From Lytechinus pictus (taxonomy: Eukaryota): a stretch of 64,000 nt of DNA. Both the position numbers and the translations under genes were made by a program. Shown here piece after piece: positions 1 to 13,660 of this stretch (positions within the stretch are counted from its first letter, which is position 1; each line of letters starts with the position of its first letter). The DNA is taken from contig NC_087251.1 of NCBI RefSeq assembly GCF_037042905.1, forward strand, positions 28,274,001 through 28,338,000, given 5' to 3'. Under the pieces are notes generated by a model. The model was not told the DNA's origin. It ran no database searches and was given only the letters and a program-made list of their open reading frames with translations.

Positions 1-394
1 ATTTTATTCTCTCCTCTTGCTCTGTTGATGATAACGTAACTGCAATACTGTTATACGTACGTCTAGCGCTTTCGATCAATTGAAAAGGAAACAGTGAGGT
101 CATTTCTTTGATCTGAATATACCGAGTAAACTGCGTCCGAGCGTGCTAACAAGTTCGGATCGGTATATAGATCAGGATGTTTCAGCATTTCGTGTATGCA
201 GATTTGTGAAGCTATTGTTCGCGCGCGTGTCTATATACCATCCACTTGAGAGCCCCCCCCCCCCCGGTCCCCCGATCCGATGAAACAAAAGAAAGACGTA
301 AGTTTTTTGGGGCAGGTAATTTGATCACATAACCATCAACTACATGGATCAGATCGAACAATGGAAATAAGATTAGTCACGTTTATTGGCTATC

Positions 395-693
395 CAGGGG
401 CGGATCCAGGATTTTCAAAAAGGGGGACACATTTTCCCGAGGGAAAATTTGACAAGCAAAACAACAACAAAAAAAACAAAAAAAAGAAAGGGGGGGAAAA
501 GGGGTTTTAACCAAAATTAAAGACGTTTCGTCCACGATGAAGTTTGACAAGCAAAAAAAAAAAAAGGTCTTCACTTTTAATAGGGGGGCACACTTCTGTT
601 TTGAAGACATTATTACATTACAAATTTTAATTGTGCCTCTCAAAGGGGGAGGGGCACGGGCCGGCTTGCCCCCCCCCCCCGCCTCCGCCAGTG
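395..693. mobile_element. hAT-type MITE (CAGGGGCGGATCC family)
   Basis: Starts CAGGGGCGGATCCAGG, ends CCTCCGCCAGTG; near-perfect 8-bp TSD TGGCTATC/AGGCTATC. Confidence 0.75.
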
Positions 694-1380
694 AGGCTAT
701 CCATTACTAATGAGTCGATTACTGTAGTGTATATCAATATTGCGTAATAGAAGATCGGCGATCCGAGCGAGACGCCATGCACGATCAACTATCAACATAC
801 GTGGCGGATTCTTTGAATAGCCTTTGACATCATGTTTCAGGCATTTACATTTTATTAGTTCTTTGATTGCTTAACTGGGAATGGCTGGAGAATGTCACTC
901 GTGTTGCTACATATTCAATCACGAACCACACCGATCCAGACCGATCAAAGCTTTTACGTTGTTCCGAATGGCATATCATCGATTGGTTTGGAGGCGGTTT
1001 CGTTGGTGTGACTGGCATGAGACAAACTAATGACACAACGTCTTAAACGGAACAAAAACGGAAAAGGCAAGGAATGAGGATAAAGAGGAGAAAGAAAGTC
1101 ATTTGGGCTTGTCACATAACCATATAGAAACGGTAAAATAAACAAGACAGAATAAAAAAAAGTATGAAAACGACGAACGATACACAATATAAAGGCCTAA
1201 AGTTCGTCTGAGAAAAATATGACATGATGCATATTAATTACACAAAAAATAAGATAGAGTATCAAAAAGTAATTTTGCGGGCGGTCTCCAAATAAGTAGG
1301 AATCAAATTACAACCAAAGTCCGTTCTGTTGATGATCAGTGAAGCACAGACGTAGGGAAATTTTGTGAGCATGCAGTATA

Positions 1381-1932
1381 AAGGACAAGTCCATCTCAAC
1401 ATAAAGTTGATTTGAATAAAAAGAGAAAAATCCAACAAGCATAACATTAAAAATTTCATCAAAATCGGATGTAAAATAAGGAAGTTATGAGATTTTTAAT
1501 TTTCGCTTAATTTCACAAAACAGTTATATGCACACTCTGTCAGTATGCAAATGAAGAGACTATAATGATGTCATCCACTCACTATATCTTTTGTATTTTA
1601 TTCTATGAAATATTCTAACTTTCTCTTTAATGTCAAATGAAACAACGATTTTCCTCCATGAACATGTGGAATTAGCATTGTATAATACTATATGGTTCCG
1701 TCAAGTTCGCCCTAATTGTCAAATCTGAAAAAAATGAAATAATGTATAATTCAAACAATAAAAAACAAAATAAATAGTGAGTGCTGGATATTATCGACTG
1801 TCTCATTTGGATGTCACTGAGTTGTGAAAAATAAGCGAAACTTTAAAATAACTTTCTTATTTTACATATGATATTGATGAAATTTTCAGTGTTATGCTAG
1901 TTCGATTATCACCATTTTCTGGGGTGGACTTA
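1381..1932. mobile_element. Kolobok-type MITE (AGGTCAAGTCCACC family), degenerate
   Basis: AAGGACAAGTCCA...GGGGTGGACTT; homologous to the copies at 17597, 29267 and 55080. Confidence 0.75.
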
Positions 1933-2380
1933 ATTCTCACAGGAATTAGGAAATTCACTTTTTTTAAATATTTCAAAAGTTATATTAGAATTTGAGCCAT
2001 AAACTGAACCACATATAATTAAACATATTTACGTTAAAAAGTAACAAAACGCATTATTTTTGTTCAGAGCTAAGAAGGAAGTGAACAAAAATTCACTGCA
2101 AGAACCGAAAGTTTGAACAAATAATTTTTTGTTTGTCAATTTTGTTTCCTGCGTCCCCCCTAAATTAAGGTGGACCCCCCCTAAAATGTTGTGGTCCCCC
2201 TAAAATTTTGGTTGATAACCTCTTTTTTTTTTGCTTGTCAACTTTTTTACCCGTGTCCATCCCAAAATTTCAGGTGGACCCCCCCCCCTAATTCATTTTG
2301 CTTCCGCCGCCAATGTATAAATGCACACATCTCTACACACCAACAAACCTCTTTACACAATGTCATATTATACTCGAAAC

Positions 2381-2690
2381 CAGTGGCAGATCCAGGTGGG
2401 GGCACATCCGGTCCGTGCCGCCCCCCACCCCCATTTCAGAGGCACAATTAGATTTGTTTTAGGGGAATAGATCTATGTCGTAGTTCTACGTCGTAGATCT
2501 ACATACGCAAGTGAGGAACCCCCCCCCCCCTTTTTTTTTCTTGTCAAATTTTTCCTGGAATAAATTAATAACCTCCATTTTGTAGTAAAACGTTTTTTTT
2601 TTTTTTTTTTTTTTGGGGGGGGGGTGGCTTTTCAAAAATTTCCTTCACAAAAATACCCCCCCCCCTAGTAAGATTCTGGATCTGCCCCTG
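2381..2690. mobile_element. hAT-type MITE
   Basis: TIR CAGTGGCAGATCCAG / CTGGATCTGCCCCTG; TSD degenerate. Confidence 0.65.
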
Positions 2691-3719
2691 CGTTAAACTG
2701 GTTTGCAAGAAAGGTGCTGCTCTCATGTCTAAGTAATAACACTTCTGGAAAGGAAGTGGTAAGTGGCATTTCACTTTGAACTAAAGAAAATGTAACTGGC
2801 TTTTGTAAATATCACATCAAAATTTTTAATATTTATACTTTAAAGCAAAATAAATAAATCTAATAGATTTATTTATAAAAATAGTATTTTTTTTCACTTT
2901 ACTCTAAAAAATTGCAAACACGATTCAAACGATAATATGGACCTGCAATGAGTGCGTTCTAGAAAAGAGGAAACCTGGATTCGTAGTTATTTATGTTTTC
3001 TTCATAAACAACAAACAGAGCTATGATAATTGATTCATTTTAACTATAATTCACAATTCATCCGAATATGAGATGGAAATTTTACGCGTCAATGAGCAAA
3101 AGAATTTAAATGTTCAAAATCAAAACCAAGAAGCGCAGAAAAATGACTGTGCTTGTTCGAGTACTGGCTTATGATTATTATTTTTTGGTATATTATTTGA
3201 TAAGTTTCTGTAACTACCCTCTAAATCAAAGTTGATTCAGATTAACATGAGTATTACTGCTCGAATAGTTTATGATGTGCCTAAGTATTCATGTAATCTT
3301 ACATGCGTGAATTATTTGTTCAGTATTTCCCTTGGCTTAAAAAAATAGAATTTCAGAATCAAAACGTACTTTATACTTGTGATATCTATTTATGAAAATG
3401 GGTTTCCTGTTTTTTTTTATTTTTTAGAATGCACTGTAAAACATATCATTTAGGTGGAAATGAATCGCATTATTTTCACACTTTGCTTGTATGAATAAAG
3501 CAGATCCGTGATTTAATGGATCTGAGTCATATACTTAGAATTAATGGGCGTTGTTATTTTGATGGAATTGTAAAGTGCCAAGTGTGCAAGGTCAGAGGTG
3601 GCATCAGGTATGGGGTAGGATGGCACATAGGATGACGTCATTTTAGTTGTTGTACATTGATAGCGTTGTAGGACCGTCCTCAGTATGCTCAGAAAAAAAA
3701 ACGAGAACTTAAAATTTAA

Positions 3720-4314
3720 AGGGATGCTCTGGGATGAAAATATTTATATCTAAATAAATAAGGTAAAATTCACATAACAAAATTCCGAAAATTCCATCAA
3801 AATCGGATCACAAATAACAAAGTTATTGAATTTTTAAGATTTGCACTATTCCAGTGAAACAGTTCTAGCGATGCATGACTTCTCATGAATATTCATTAGT
3901 TGGGCTGATAATGTCATATCCCCTCTTTCATTTTCTTATGTTATTACATGAAATCATAATTGTTTCATTTTTTTATAAATGTGTAAATGATGTGTCTTCA
4001 TTATTATGAAACAAGTTGCAGCAATAAATAACTACTGCACTTAATCAGTTATCAATCAATTGTTTAAGTTCTTGGTAGAAAATCTTTTTAATAACCCTAA
4101 CTTTATAAACAAAAGAACAAGTGGGTGTATGACATCATCGGCCCACCTAATGAATATTCATGAAGACATTGCCTAGAACTGTTTCACCGGAATAATGTGA
4201 ATCTTAGTACATGTATTCAATAACTTCGTTATTTGTTATCAGATTTTGATCAAATTTTCAGCATTTTGCTCTGTTTACTCTCTCTATATAAATATCTTCG
4301 GCCCGGAGTATCCT
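3720..4314. mobile_element. Kolobok-type foldback MITE (AGGGATG family)
   Basis: TTAA-AGGGATGCTC...GGAGTATCCT; largely palindromic; homologous to 54036-54624. Confidence 0.75.
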
Positions 4315-4365
4315 TTGAAGGTAGACTAAAATATTCACAAATTTTAAACAGACATTTCTTTTCTG

Positions 4366-4658
4366 CACTGTTAAAAAACCCTGATTTTACAGGGGAAAAG
4401 AGAAGATTTTGCAGAAAGCAATAACAGAATCATTCTGTAAATTCATAAAACAAGAATTTTTCTACAATTTAACAGAACAGGTCTGCTTAAAAAGGGGAAG
4501 GGGTGTTTTATTTAAGGAAATTTGTAAGGTTCCATACACCAATTTTCTGTAATTTTACATGATATAATGTAAGATTACGCAATCTGGTAAGATTGCAGGT
4601 GTTCTCGAGACATGCTGCAGGAACTTCTTTTATTTTAAGGATAAATTTTCTAACAGTG
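4366..4658. mobile_element. CACTG-terminated MITE (CMC/EnSpm-like)
   Basis: TIR CACTGTTAAAAA / TTTTCTAACAGTG with 2-bp TSD TG. Confidence 0.65.
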
Positions 4659-7600
4659 TGTCAGTTCTGACCCTTAATAGATGAAAGATCTTATATTGGC
4701 ATGGTGGAGGGGTCTTTAGCGATAGTTGAATATAATATTTGAAAATGACATATTAACCAATCAACAATCAACCATATCAATTACAAATCAATTAAAAACG
4801 ACAACCAATACTCATGATAACCATCTAATGATGATAACAACTATGATATTCATCATTGTAATAGTATAATTAATGTAATAATGATCATGATGAGGATAGT
4901 AATGATACAAATACATATAGCAATCATGAATAATAATACAAATGATAATATCACTAATGTCTGACAATCACCATGCATAATACTGACAACATTGGCAAGA
5001 ACAATAGATATGAAAATACAATTTATTAATCCACTCTCGGGTCCACTCTATATACACAGCACTTACATACTCTCAACGATAGGACCTTGTGGCGCTAAAT
5101 TAGATTTACATGTATTTGGGGATATTCCTTTTTTTTTAAACTGAAATGCATATCTCTGTAGGCCTACTCTATTCCCTGACTCTATTGTTAATTCTATCTA
5201 AAGGCGCGTTTTTTTTCTTTTCATGTAGTACTTGTATCTTTCGCTAACGTTGTTAACAAAAATATTTGGGGTTTTATTTTCTGAACTCCCATGCTCGCTT
5301 CACACATCATTTGCAACAGTCGTTGCTATCGTTCTGATAGGATATTGATTTTTATTTTTTCCTGTAACAAAAGCCAAGTGCAGTGACCGAATGATTGCAT
5401 TTTTACCGGAAATAATGTACGGAAGAGCAAAATGAATGATAACAGAATTGAAAGGTCATGGAGCCATTGTCGGTGAAGGTCATTAACTTTTATTTCTCTC
5501 AATTCTCTGAATAGTAGTAATTGACACTCGCCAAACCTCTGATTGTTTAACAATGATCCATCTCGAATTTCAAAATCTTACTCTAAAATAAAACAAGGAC
5601 TTTTGATCATAATCCAGAAAGTGTATGTTTTCTCGGAGGGGATGAGTACAATATTGAATGAGAAATAAGAAGTCTTTATTGAGTAGGTTGAAATTATATG
5701 AGTTAAAGTCAATTGTAAATATAGATTGCTTCAGCGTAGAGTGGGTCTAGATCTGTAGATAGGCCTAATGCATTCCTTTCTGGTAAGAAATATGGATTCA
5801 AGACTACACATGCATCTGTAGAAACATGATATTTATAATTTAAGGAACATCTCTTGAAAGTAAAGTGTTATTATAAAGAATTGGAGGCCTATATAAATAG
5901 CTTAGGAGAACTTCTACTCGGGATGATTTCTTTTCTAGGGGCGCTTAAGATATTTATTTATTACACATGTTGTCTTAATAGTACTGCCAGAGGTTTTAAA
6001 AGTGAAAAGGTTTTCACTTTTCACAAACAAAATCTTGCTTCGACCCATTGCAGTGGTATTGTCTGGTCCGAGCATGGGGGGTAGTTCATTTTTTTGTTAT
6101 TAATTTCATTTTGTTTGGCAATCAGTAGTGATTGACTATATTTTTCCACATAATTCATACATAATTATGGCGAATATCCTTTATTTCTTTTTTAACTCAT
6201 TTTTTTTCTTGATGGATATTTGTAACTTACTGAGAAAATTAGGGGCTCCGGAGCCTTTTTTCCCCATTATTTAGAGGGGGCAATGTTATACCAACCTCCC
6301 TCCCCCTATCCCTAGATTTTGCCATTGGGATATGATATGGGCGATATATTGAATGAGCAAGGCTTCAAACGACTTGGAGAGGCTCGCGGGGCCCGGGGAG
6401 GGGTTCGATTCCACAAAAATCGTTGTTCGATTCGTCGATCGTATACCGTACGTAAACCGGTACGGATAAAGCGTAGCTACCCAACTCTATGACCGGTACC
6501 GGTATAGTGAGTGATTGTATTACCGACCGGCCTTTTATTACCGAACACACGCATCATACGCATCAGAAAATAAATTCATATGCTCAAAATTTTGCAACAT
6601 CCTTCCAAAGAGAACTTGAATAGAAATTGATGAAAAATGGTCAAAAATACATTTTCAAAGTCTTAATATTCTAACAATAATAAAATATGGTCAAAATAGC
6701 TCATAAGTGTTTTTGTTGTTTTCTCAACTTTTCCCATAGAAAACACACGTTCGGTAATACGATACCTTTTTCAAGTGACCAAAATATTTCACGTGCGAAG
6801 AGGGGTCCGATTAGAAGCTAATATCGTAAAAAGGAAAAACGATTTCGGCAAAATTTTTACATATTTATATTTTGTAGGTAATTGTGTATTTATGTTCAAA
6901 GTTTGGTAAATTTTATGAGAATAATGTGTTTGATATGATTGAATTCATGATAAGTGTTCGGTAATACGATCCACTACCATACTTAATCGGAAAATTTATT
7001 TGCCTAATTTGAGATACCATGTTACGTTATGATAGTAGTTCATAAACAATTCTCTGTTTTCACGCCATTTCTAACGTTCGAGAGTGATAGAAAGAAAAGG
7101 AACAAAAGTAGACATACGGTAGATCTATTTCTATGATAAACATAAGACTGGCTGCAATCTAATCTACAACAACGTACCGTAATTGGAAATAAAATAGGTA
7201 AGTGCTACACTCTACAGTGTACATTATAATATGCGGTGCGGCGGCGATCTGCCGAATTCACACCCTGTCAATCCCCTACACAGGCGCGGATCCAGGGGCC
7301 TGTTGCATTGAAACTGAAAGGGTCTTTCGTAGAACCATTCTACATAAGAACGAGATATCGCTCAACTGTTTCACAAAGCCGATTTGGGCGATACGAAGAA
7401 TGGTCCTTGGAAAGACACCTCCAGACATGTCCTACGTAGGCATGATCTTCTTTGCACACCGCCCGCCACACTGACATATCAGTCACCTCTAAACATTTTT
7501 TTGGTTGCACTCTGATGCATTTTATCTGGGATGGCGGCAAGTTATTTTTTTATAATAAACCTATATGGGGGCTAGTTGTCATCAATTTCAGGTCGTCTTT

Positions 7601-7681
7601 TTGCACGGCAGGACGACCAAAAACGGATGTCATTTTAACTTCTCCGGGGTACATGTATTATTCCCGGGGGTAATGTAGGGC

Positions 7682-8135
7682 TAGACCAAAAGCTTCAGTC
7701 TCTGTTATGTTGGTTGTTCAGCTGAACTCCGTTGGCTTCACTCACCAAATACAGAGACCGAAGGCGAAGTTCTAGCGCGATCTGTACAGGGGACTCAATG
7801 GCCATATGTTTATGTTCTTAAGAGCGGATAAAACGGGGAAGTGAATTTGCGCGACAGCCGAGGTAAGTCACTGTTTTTGTTCCTTTTAACTTGATTTTTC
7901 TCTGTTTTTTGGCAATTAATGCCAAGAGGGAATATTAATTTGCATTTTGGTCTCGTTAATTTTAAAAAATTTTATTCATTAAAGACAAAAATTGAAGAGC
8001 CCCGACGGGGGGATTTTGCATTGCAAGTCCCCTAATGGTGGCTGCACGATAGCGAGCCGTCTGTGTACGAGGAGAAATAAAAATAATAAAAAAATGTTAA
8101 AAAACTCCTCGAAACAGACGGCTGCCAGCTGTCTA
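7682..8135. mobile_element. 454-bp non-autonomous DNA transposon with 9-bp TSD (AcademH- or MULE-like)
   Basis: Termini TAGAC...GTCTA; perfect TSD ATGTAGGGC (7673-7681, 8136-8144); absent from the sister Harbinger copy at ~15990. Confidence 0.75.
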
Positions 8136-8416
8136 ATGTAGGGCCTACTACATGTATAGTATAGGGCCAAATATTTTTTAAAATATGTTTTCTTCTAATC
8201 TATTCTCCCTCCGTCTTATCCCCACCCCTTTTCTATTAAAAAAATAAACTTGAAATACTTGAAATGGGCGGCACTATATCTCTTTAGCCGACCCCTCATG
8301 CTTTCTCATTATAGATAAACAACAAATTTCTTTAAAAGAAATTATGTAAGGTAAAAAACGTGTTCAATAACATTCAGCAAAAAAAAAAAACAAGACAAAC
8401 AAAACTAAGATGTTAA

Positions 8417-8800
8417 AGGTAAATTCTAGTTTTGGTAACGATATCAAAATGAGTTCGTACAGAATCCAATGAAATGACCACCGAAGTGTCTGTTTGTATA
8501 AATAAAACGCATGTGCCAAAGGATTCTGGAAGAAATTGTGTAATTGCTGAGAAATAAGCACAGGATTCGGGTAGAGCGTCGGGCCCGACGCCCAAAGCAA
8601 TAATTATACACTGTCCCACGTGCGCTTATCTGTGTTGGGGAAGTTCAGTCTGAACATTTTTCAGCGTAGATTTCAAGATTTCACAAAGTTCAGTTTATGT
8701 AACTGTACCAGATCTAGATCCTCGATATACTGACAATTAAGCCTGGTTTTACAGACTTTCTCATGAAATCAGTGTTTACTGCAACTACTGGAATTTCTCT
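8417..8800. mobile_element. Kolobok-type MITE
   Basis: TTAA TSD (8413-8416, 8801-8804); TIR AGGTAAATTCTAGT / ACTGGAATTTCTCT; empty site in the sister copy near 15725. Confidence 0.8.
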
Positions 8801-9997
8801 TTAAACATGCTAAATCATTTATTTATTTTTATTTTATTTTCATTACCGTATAATTATTTTTTTTTGCTGAGATTTATTTTAATCAATGAAAATTAATTGT
8901 TGGATTTGAAACAGTGAAACAAAACAAAAAACTTGCAGCTAATATTGAATTTAAGATACAGATTAAGCCTATAGCTTACGAATCCATCACAATCATTACA
9001 AATGAAGATAAGTTCATTAAAGAAAAGATTATGGAAAGTCCATGTATACGAAGAGGCGCATTTTAAATCTTAGGGTAGGCCCCTTTCGGCCCTTATGTCA
9101 TAGCATATAATCTCTATACTCCTTAACTTTGAAATGTTGAACATATATATCTTTTATGTTATTTCTTAAACCTTATATTCTTATATAAACTTCCATAAAT
9201 TAAGTGATCATCTTTAAATATGACCAGCGTTTATGATCGTTGTCATATTTAGCATTATTTCTGTAAAAGTATTTTTTCCATTGCGGATTGATTCACACCT
9301 TTTTCTATGTTTTAATTATTATTGCAAAGTACTTCTTTATCCACTTGGACATGTTTGCAGCAATTTTCATATTTTCATTTTCTTCTGTTACTCATCATGC
9401 AACTGAGGTATGTTTATACTCTAAACACTCACATTTGTATAATTTCTTGCGTTATATCTGACAAATAAAATTAATAAATTAGATTTTTCACACGCAGCCT
9501 CTCATATTTTCCTTTTTAGTCTCATACAATCAGACACTGTTGATTTTGTTTACTCCATTCAAACCCTATATTTACCTCAACAAATAACATATTAACGCAT
9601 AATTTGCAAAATTATCATTATATACAAGTATTCTATAAAAATACAGAATATTGAATTATAAATGTCGAAATTACTTAGTTAAATCAATTTTTATGTCGGA
9701 CAAGGGTCTCTTTCGTTGAAATATCAATAAAAGGTGTCTCTAAAAAGACACCGTGTTCTAAATAATGGAAATAATGAAAATTTCGATTTGATTTAGAATA
9801 TGTTTGTGAATCTTTAAAGTTTTTTCTCTTTTAACCTCATAAAGTAAGCTCCATACATCAATTTTACTATCAGTAATAAATAAAACATTATTTGTTCTCG
9901 TTTTATTGAAATATCGGATTTTATGTAAAGTCGTCATTCAGAAATAAAAGGTTCAGGTGACGATGAAGACTAAATATTTTTCCGATACTATCGATAT

Positions 9998-11059
9998 TGT
10001 AACGACGACCCGGTTTGTCCTACGAGTCTCGCTATAAGAGTCTAAAATAAATGTCGAGGATGGCCAGAGCTTAAATAATACAGTTGAAGCGAATAACAGT
10101 CATTACACAGGAAATTAAAGTTCAGTAGTTTATTACTGTTCAAAACTTAATGAAGGTGAAACAGAGTATGTGATGATGACAATTAAACAAACTCCAGCGA
10201 TACATGGAATATGATAACAGAGATAACGTCGAGCGATGCTGAAACAATTATAAGAACTTAACTTGTGATAATTCTGAACTGAACTTAGGCTCAGACGACT
10301 AAACTGGAATACATGTAAGACTATGCTCGGAAAAGACTCTCGAAATAAAACTCGAATGTACGTGTAAGACTGGAATCATAAGGAAAACTCTAAAAACTAA
10401 ACTTGACTGAGATGCTGCTGCTTATATACAATTTCTGGACATAGCATGAAGGTCATACCCAGCACACAGCGAAAACCCAGATTCAGAGAAGAGAGAGAGA
10501 GAGAGAGAGGGGATAAATCATTCCAACAAGTAATAGAATAAGCACATAACGACCAATACACTGACCACAAGGTTAAACTAGGAGTTCGGACATTAGGAGT
10601 TGAGGGAGAGAAGTCTGAAGGGCAGGGCAAAGTCGAAGTGAGGAGAGAGAAAGCGAGGGAGTTACTGAACATAAATGTGTAGCCAAGGTAATAAACAAGA
10701 ACGAGTTTCTGAAAGTAGTCGCAAGGTAAAGAGAACTTACACAGGTTTGAAAGTCACTGGAAAGGGAAAGAGAGGAGGGATGAAAGTTACTGGAAGGAGA
10801 AGTGAGGAGGGTTGAAAGTCACTGGAAAGAGAAAATGAGGAGGGTTGAAAGTCACAGGAAAGAGAAAGTGAGGAGAGTAAAAGGTCGAATAGAAGGGAGA
10901 TGCACTGTTAGCGATTTCTGAAAGACGAAGGAAAGCCAAAATGAGGAGAAAACAGAGTGGACAGACCAGTAGAGTTTGACCCTGAGCAAGTTGGATTACA
11001 GTACAAGAGAGGGCTTGGCTGTGTGCAGGTTACTGGGCAAGTTGAAAGTGACATTCACA
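9998..11059 (-). mobile_element. Solo LTR (Gypsy-like), ~1.06 kb
   Basis: On the - strand it starts TGTGAATG and ends GTTACA, with TATA-like TATATAAG (~10428) upstream of AATAAA (~10135). The 4-bp flanks are ATAT/ATTT, and there are short purine-rich internal tandem repeats at 10745-10875. Confidence 0.65.
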
Positions 11060-11624
11060 ATTTATCTTAGCAAGACATTCATTGCATAAATGAGTCGAAT
11101 ACAATTTAATATAATAAACACTAATTAAAGCATAAGAATGGAATTATATACATAAACATAACAAGAGAATATCGGAACATCAACCAAAATGCGTGACAAT
11201 ATCAAACGATGTCGTGGACTTGGAAGACAAAATTGCCTTCGTGAAACGGAAAGCGCTGATTTTTCGCCAATCTTCCTATCTCGGAAGAATGGTCCTAGGA
11301 CGTTCCTACGTATCGCTCATCTCGTCATGCAACAGGCCCCAGGACTCCGGCAGGAGGAGGCTGAGCCGGCCCGGCCCCCCCCCCCCTATTTTTGGCAATC
11401 TGCAGAAAAAAGTGTACCTTTTAACTTGATAGAAACGATTGAAAAAAGAAAGAAAAGTAAGAAAGAGGTATTATACCCATGATGTGTGATTTACAGCCTT
11501 GTAACGGCTGGCCCGACCCGAAATAGAAATTAGAAATAGAATTCATATAAAAAATTTCGCTCGCGCTTCACGCTCGCATTGCCTGTGTAATGAATCTCAT
11601 TCAAAAGGATTAAATGGCACTTAA

Positions 11625-12215
11625 AGGGGAATCCAACACAAATAAAAACTTGTTTTTATAAGGAAAAGAAAAATCAGACAAGGTGATAGGTAAAAGTTTG
11701 AACAATATTGGACAAACAACAAGAAAGTTGTGAATTTTTAAAAATTGTAAATATTTGTAATCACTATCCCATGGAGACTTCAAATTGGCCGCATGTGTGA
11801 TGTCATAGTGATGTAAGGCAAGGACTCCTCTTCCATGTACTCCAATACATATTATGGCTAAAATGTCATTTTTCCCAAAAGTTTCATTTCAAATTATATT
11901 TTCTTTCATGAGGACATAAAACAATATACTACCTGGGTTATATTTAGATTACTGCCCCAGGGAATGGGTACTAGGGAGAAAACCACAAATCCCTGATAAT
12001 AAAGTACATGGCCTATGGGAAAGTTGTCCTTGCACCTTGTCATAATTTACTTACCCAGTTGCCAATTTGAAATCTACATAGTATTAGTGATCTCAATTTT
12101 AAAGCAGCTATAACTTTCTTATTGCTTGTCCGATTTTTTTCAAACTTTCACCATTCTGTCTAATTTATTTTTCTCCTTCCCAACACAACATTTATGGCCA
12201 AGGCTGGATTCCCCT
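11625..12215. mobile_element. Kolobok-type MITE (AGGGGAATCC family)
   Basis: TTAA-AGGGGAATCCA ... TGGATTCCCCT-TTAA. Confidence 0.8.
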
Positions 12216-12365
12216 TTAATATATCCAGTTCTGAAATCAGTTTGCCCACAATATTTTAGCTCGCACATCAAGTTTTCATTATTTTGTTTGATTTACACAA
12301 ATTGTTAATATAAACTCCTCAAAAAAAGTTTGGAAATCTGACTTTTATCGATAATCTCTCCTCGG

Positions 12366-13323
12366 TTTTTGTCTCACCTGCATAGCAGAGTGAGACTATA
12401 GGCGCCGCTTTTCCGACGGCGACGGCGGCGGCGGCGTCAACACCAAATCTTAACCTGAGGTTAAGTTTTTGAAATGACAGCATAACTTAGAAAGTATATG
12501 GACCTAGTTCATGAAACTTGGCCATAAGGTTAATCAAGTATTACTGAACATCCTGCCTGAGTTTCATGTCACATGACCTAGGTCAAAGGTCATTTAGGGT
12601 CAATGAACTTAGACCATGTTGGGGGAATCAACATCAAAATCTTAACCTAAGGTTAAGTTTTTGAAATGTCATCATAACTTAGAAAATATATGGAACTAGT
12701 TCATGAAACTTATACATAAGGTTAATCAAGTATCACTGAACATCCTGCATGAGTTTCACATCACATGACCAAGGTCAAAGGTCATTTAGGGTCAATGAAC
12801 TTTGGCCGAATTGGGGGTATCTGTTGAATTACCATCATAACTTTGAAAGTTTATGGATCTGATTCATGAAACTTGGACATAATAATAATCAAGTATTACT
12901 GAACATCCTGTGCAAGTTTCAGGTCATATGATCAAGGTCAAAGGTCATTTAGGGTCAATGAACTTTGGCCAAATTGGGGTATTTGTTGAATTACAGCCAT
13001 AAATTTGAAAGTGTGTTGGTCTAGTTCATAAAACTTAGACATAATAGTAATCAAGTATCACTGAACATCCTGTGCGAGTTTCAGGTCACATGATCAAGGT
13101 CAAAGGTCATGTAAGGTCAAAGAACTTTGGCCATGTTGGGGGTATTTGTTGAATTGCCATCATATCTCTATAAGTGTATTGGTCTAGTTCATAAAACGTG
13201 GAAATAAGAGTAACCAAGTATCACTGAACATCTTGTGCGAGTTATAGTAGTTTTCAAAATCAGCACTGCTGCTATATCGAATCGCGTGATGCAGGTGAGA
13301 CGGCCAGAGGCATTCCACTTGTT
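12366..13323 (+). mobile_element. Helentron/Helitron2-associated non-autonomous element (DINE-1/HINE-like) with internal tandem array
   Basis: Inserted in a T-run; subterminal IR GTCTCACCTGC (12371-12381) / GCAGGTGAGAC (13291-13301); (GGC)n microsatellite; about five 160-190 bp tandem units. Confidence 0.75.
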
Positions 13324-13660
13324 ATTAAATATCAATGTGTTAATATCAATACATAGATCATTTAATTATTTTTTCAATGATACCCTACATGATATGATTA
13401 TGGTTCACATGGAAGTGCAGTGCCTTGAAATGTGGGGCAAGGTCAAAATTCAAAAGTTGCAAAATGACACAATATTGAAAGTCACTGTTATTTCTTTCTT
13501 TCGTGGTGATGAGTGAGTTTTTCAGCGTTTTCTTTTGTTGTCATGCACCTAATTGACATCAACATTAACATGGAATCAAACACACCTCTGCACCACTCAT
13601 TCAATGAACAAAAAAATATAGAGAAGGTCTATCAAGAATTATCAAACATAGTCATAGATA

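Larger units (their letters stand above)
7296..11339 (+). mobile_element. Non-autonomous PIF/Harbinger-like element carrying three nested insertions
   Basis: Perfect 13-bp TIR GGGCCTGTTGCAT (7296-7308) / ATGCAACAGGCCC (11327-11339) with 3-bp TSD CAG (7293-7295, 11340-11342). Removing it restores the start of a CAGGCGCGGATCCAGGA hAT-like MITE. Confidence 0.82.
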
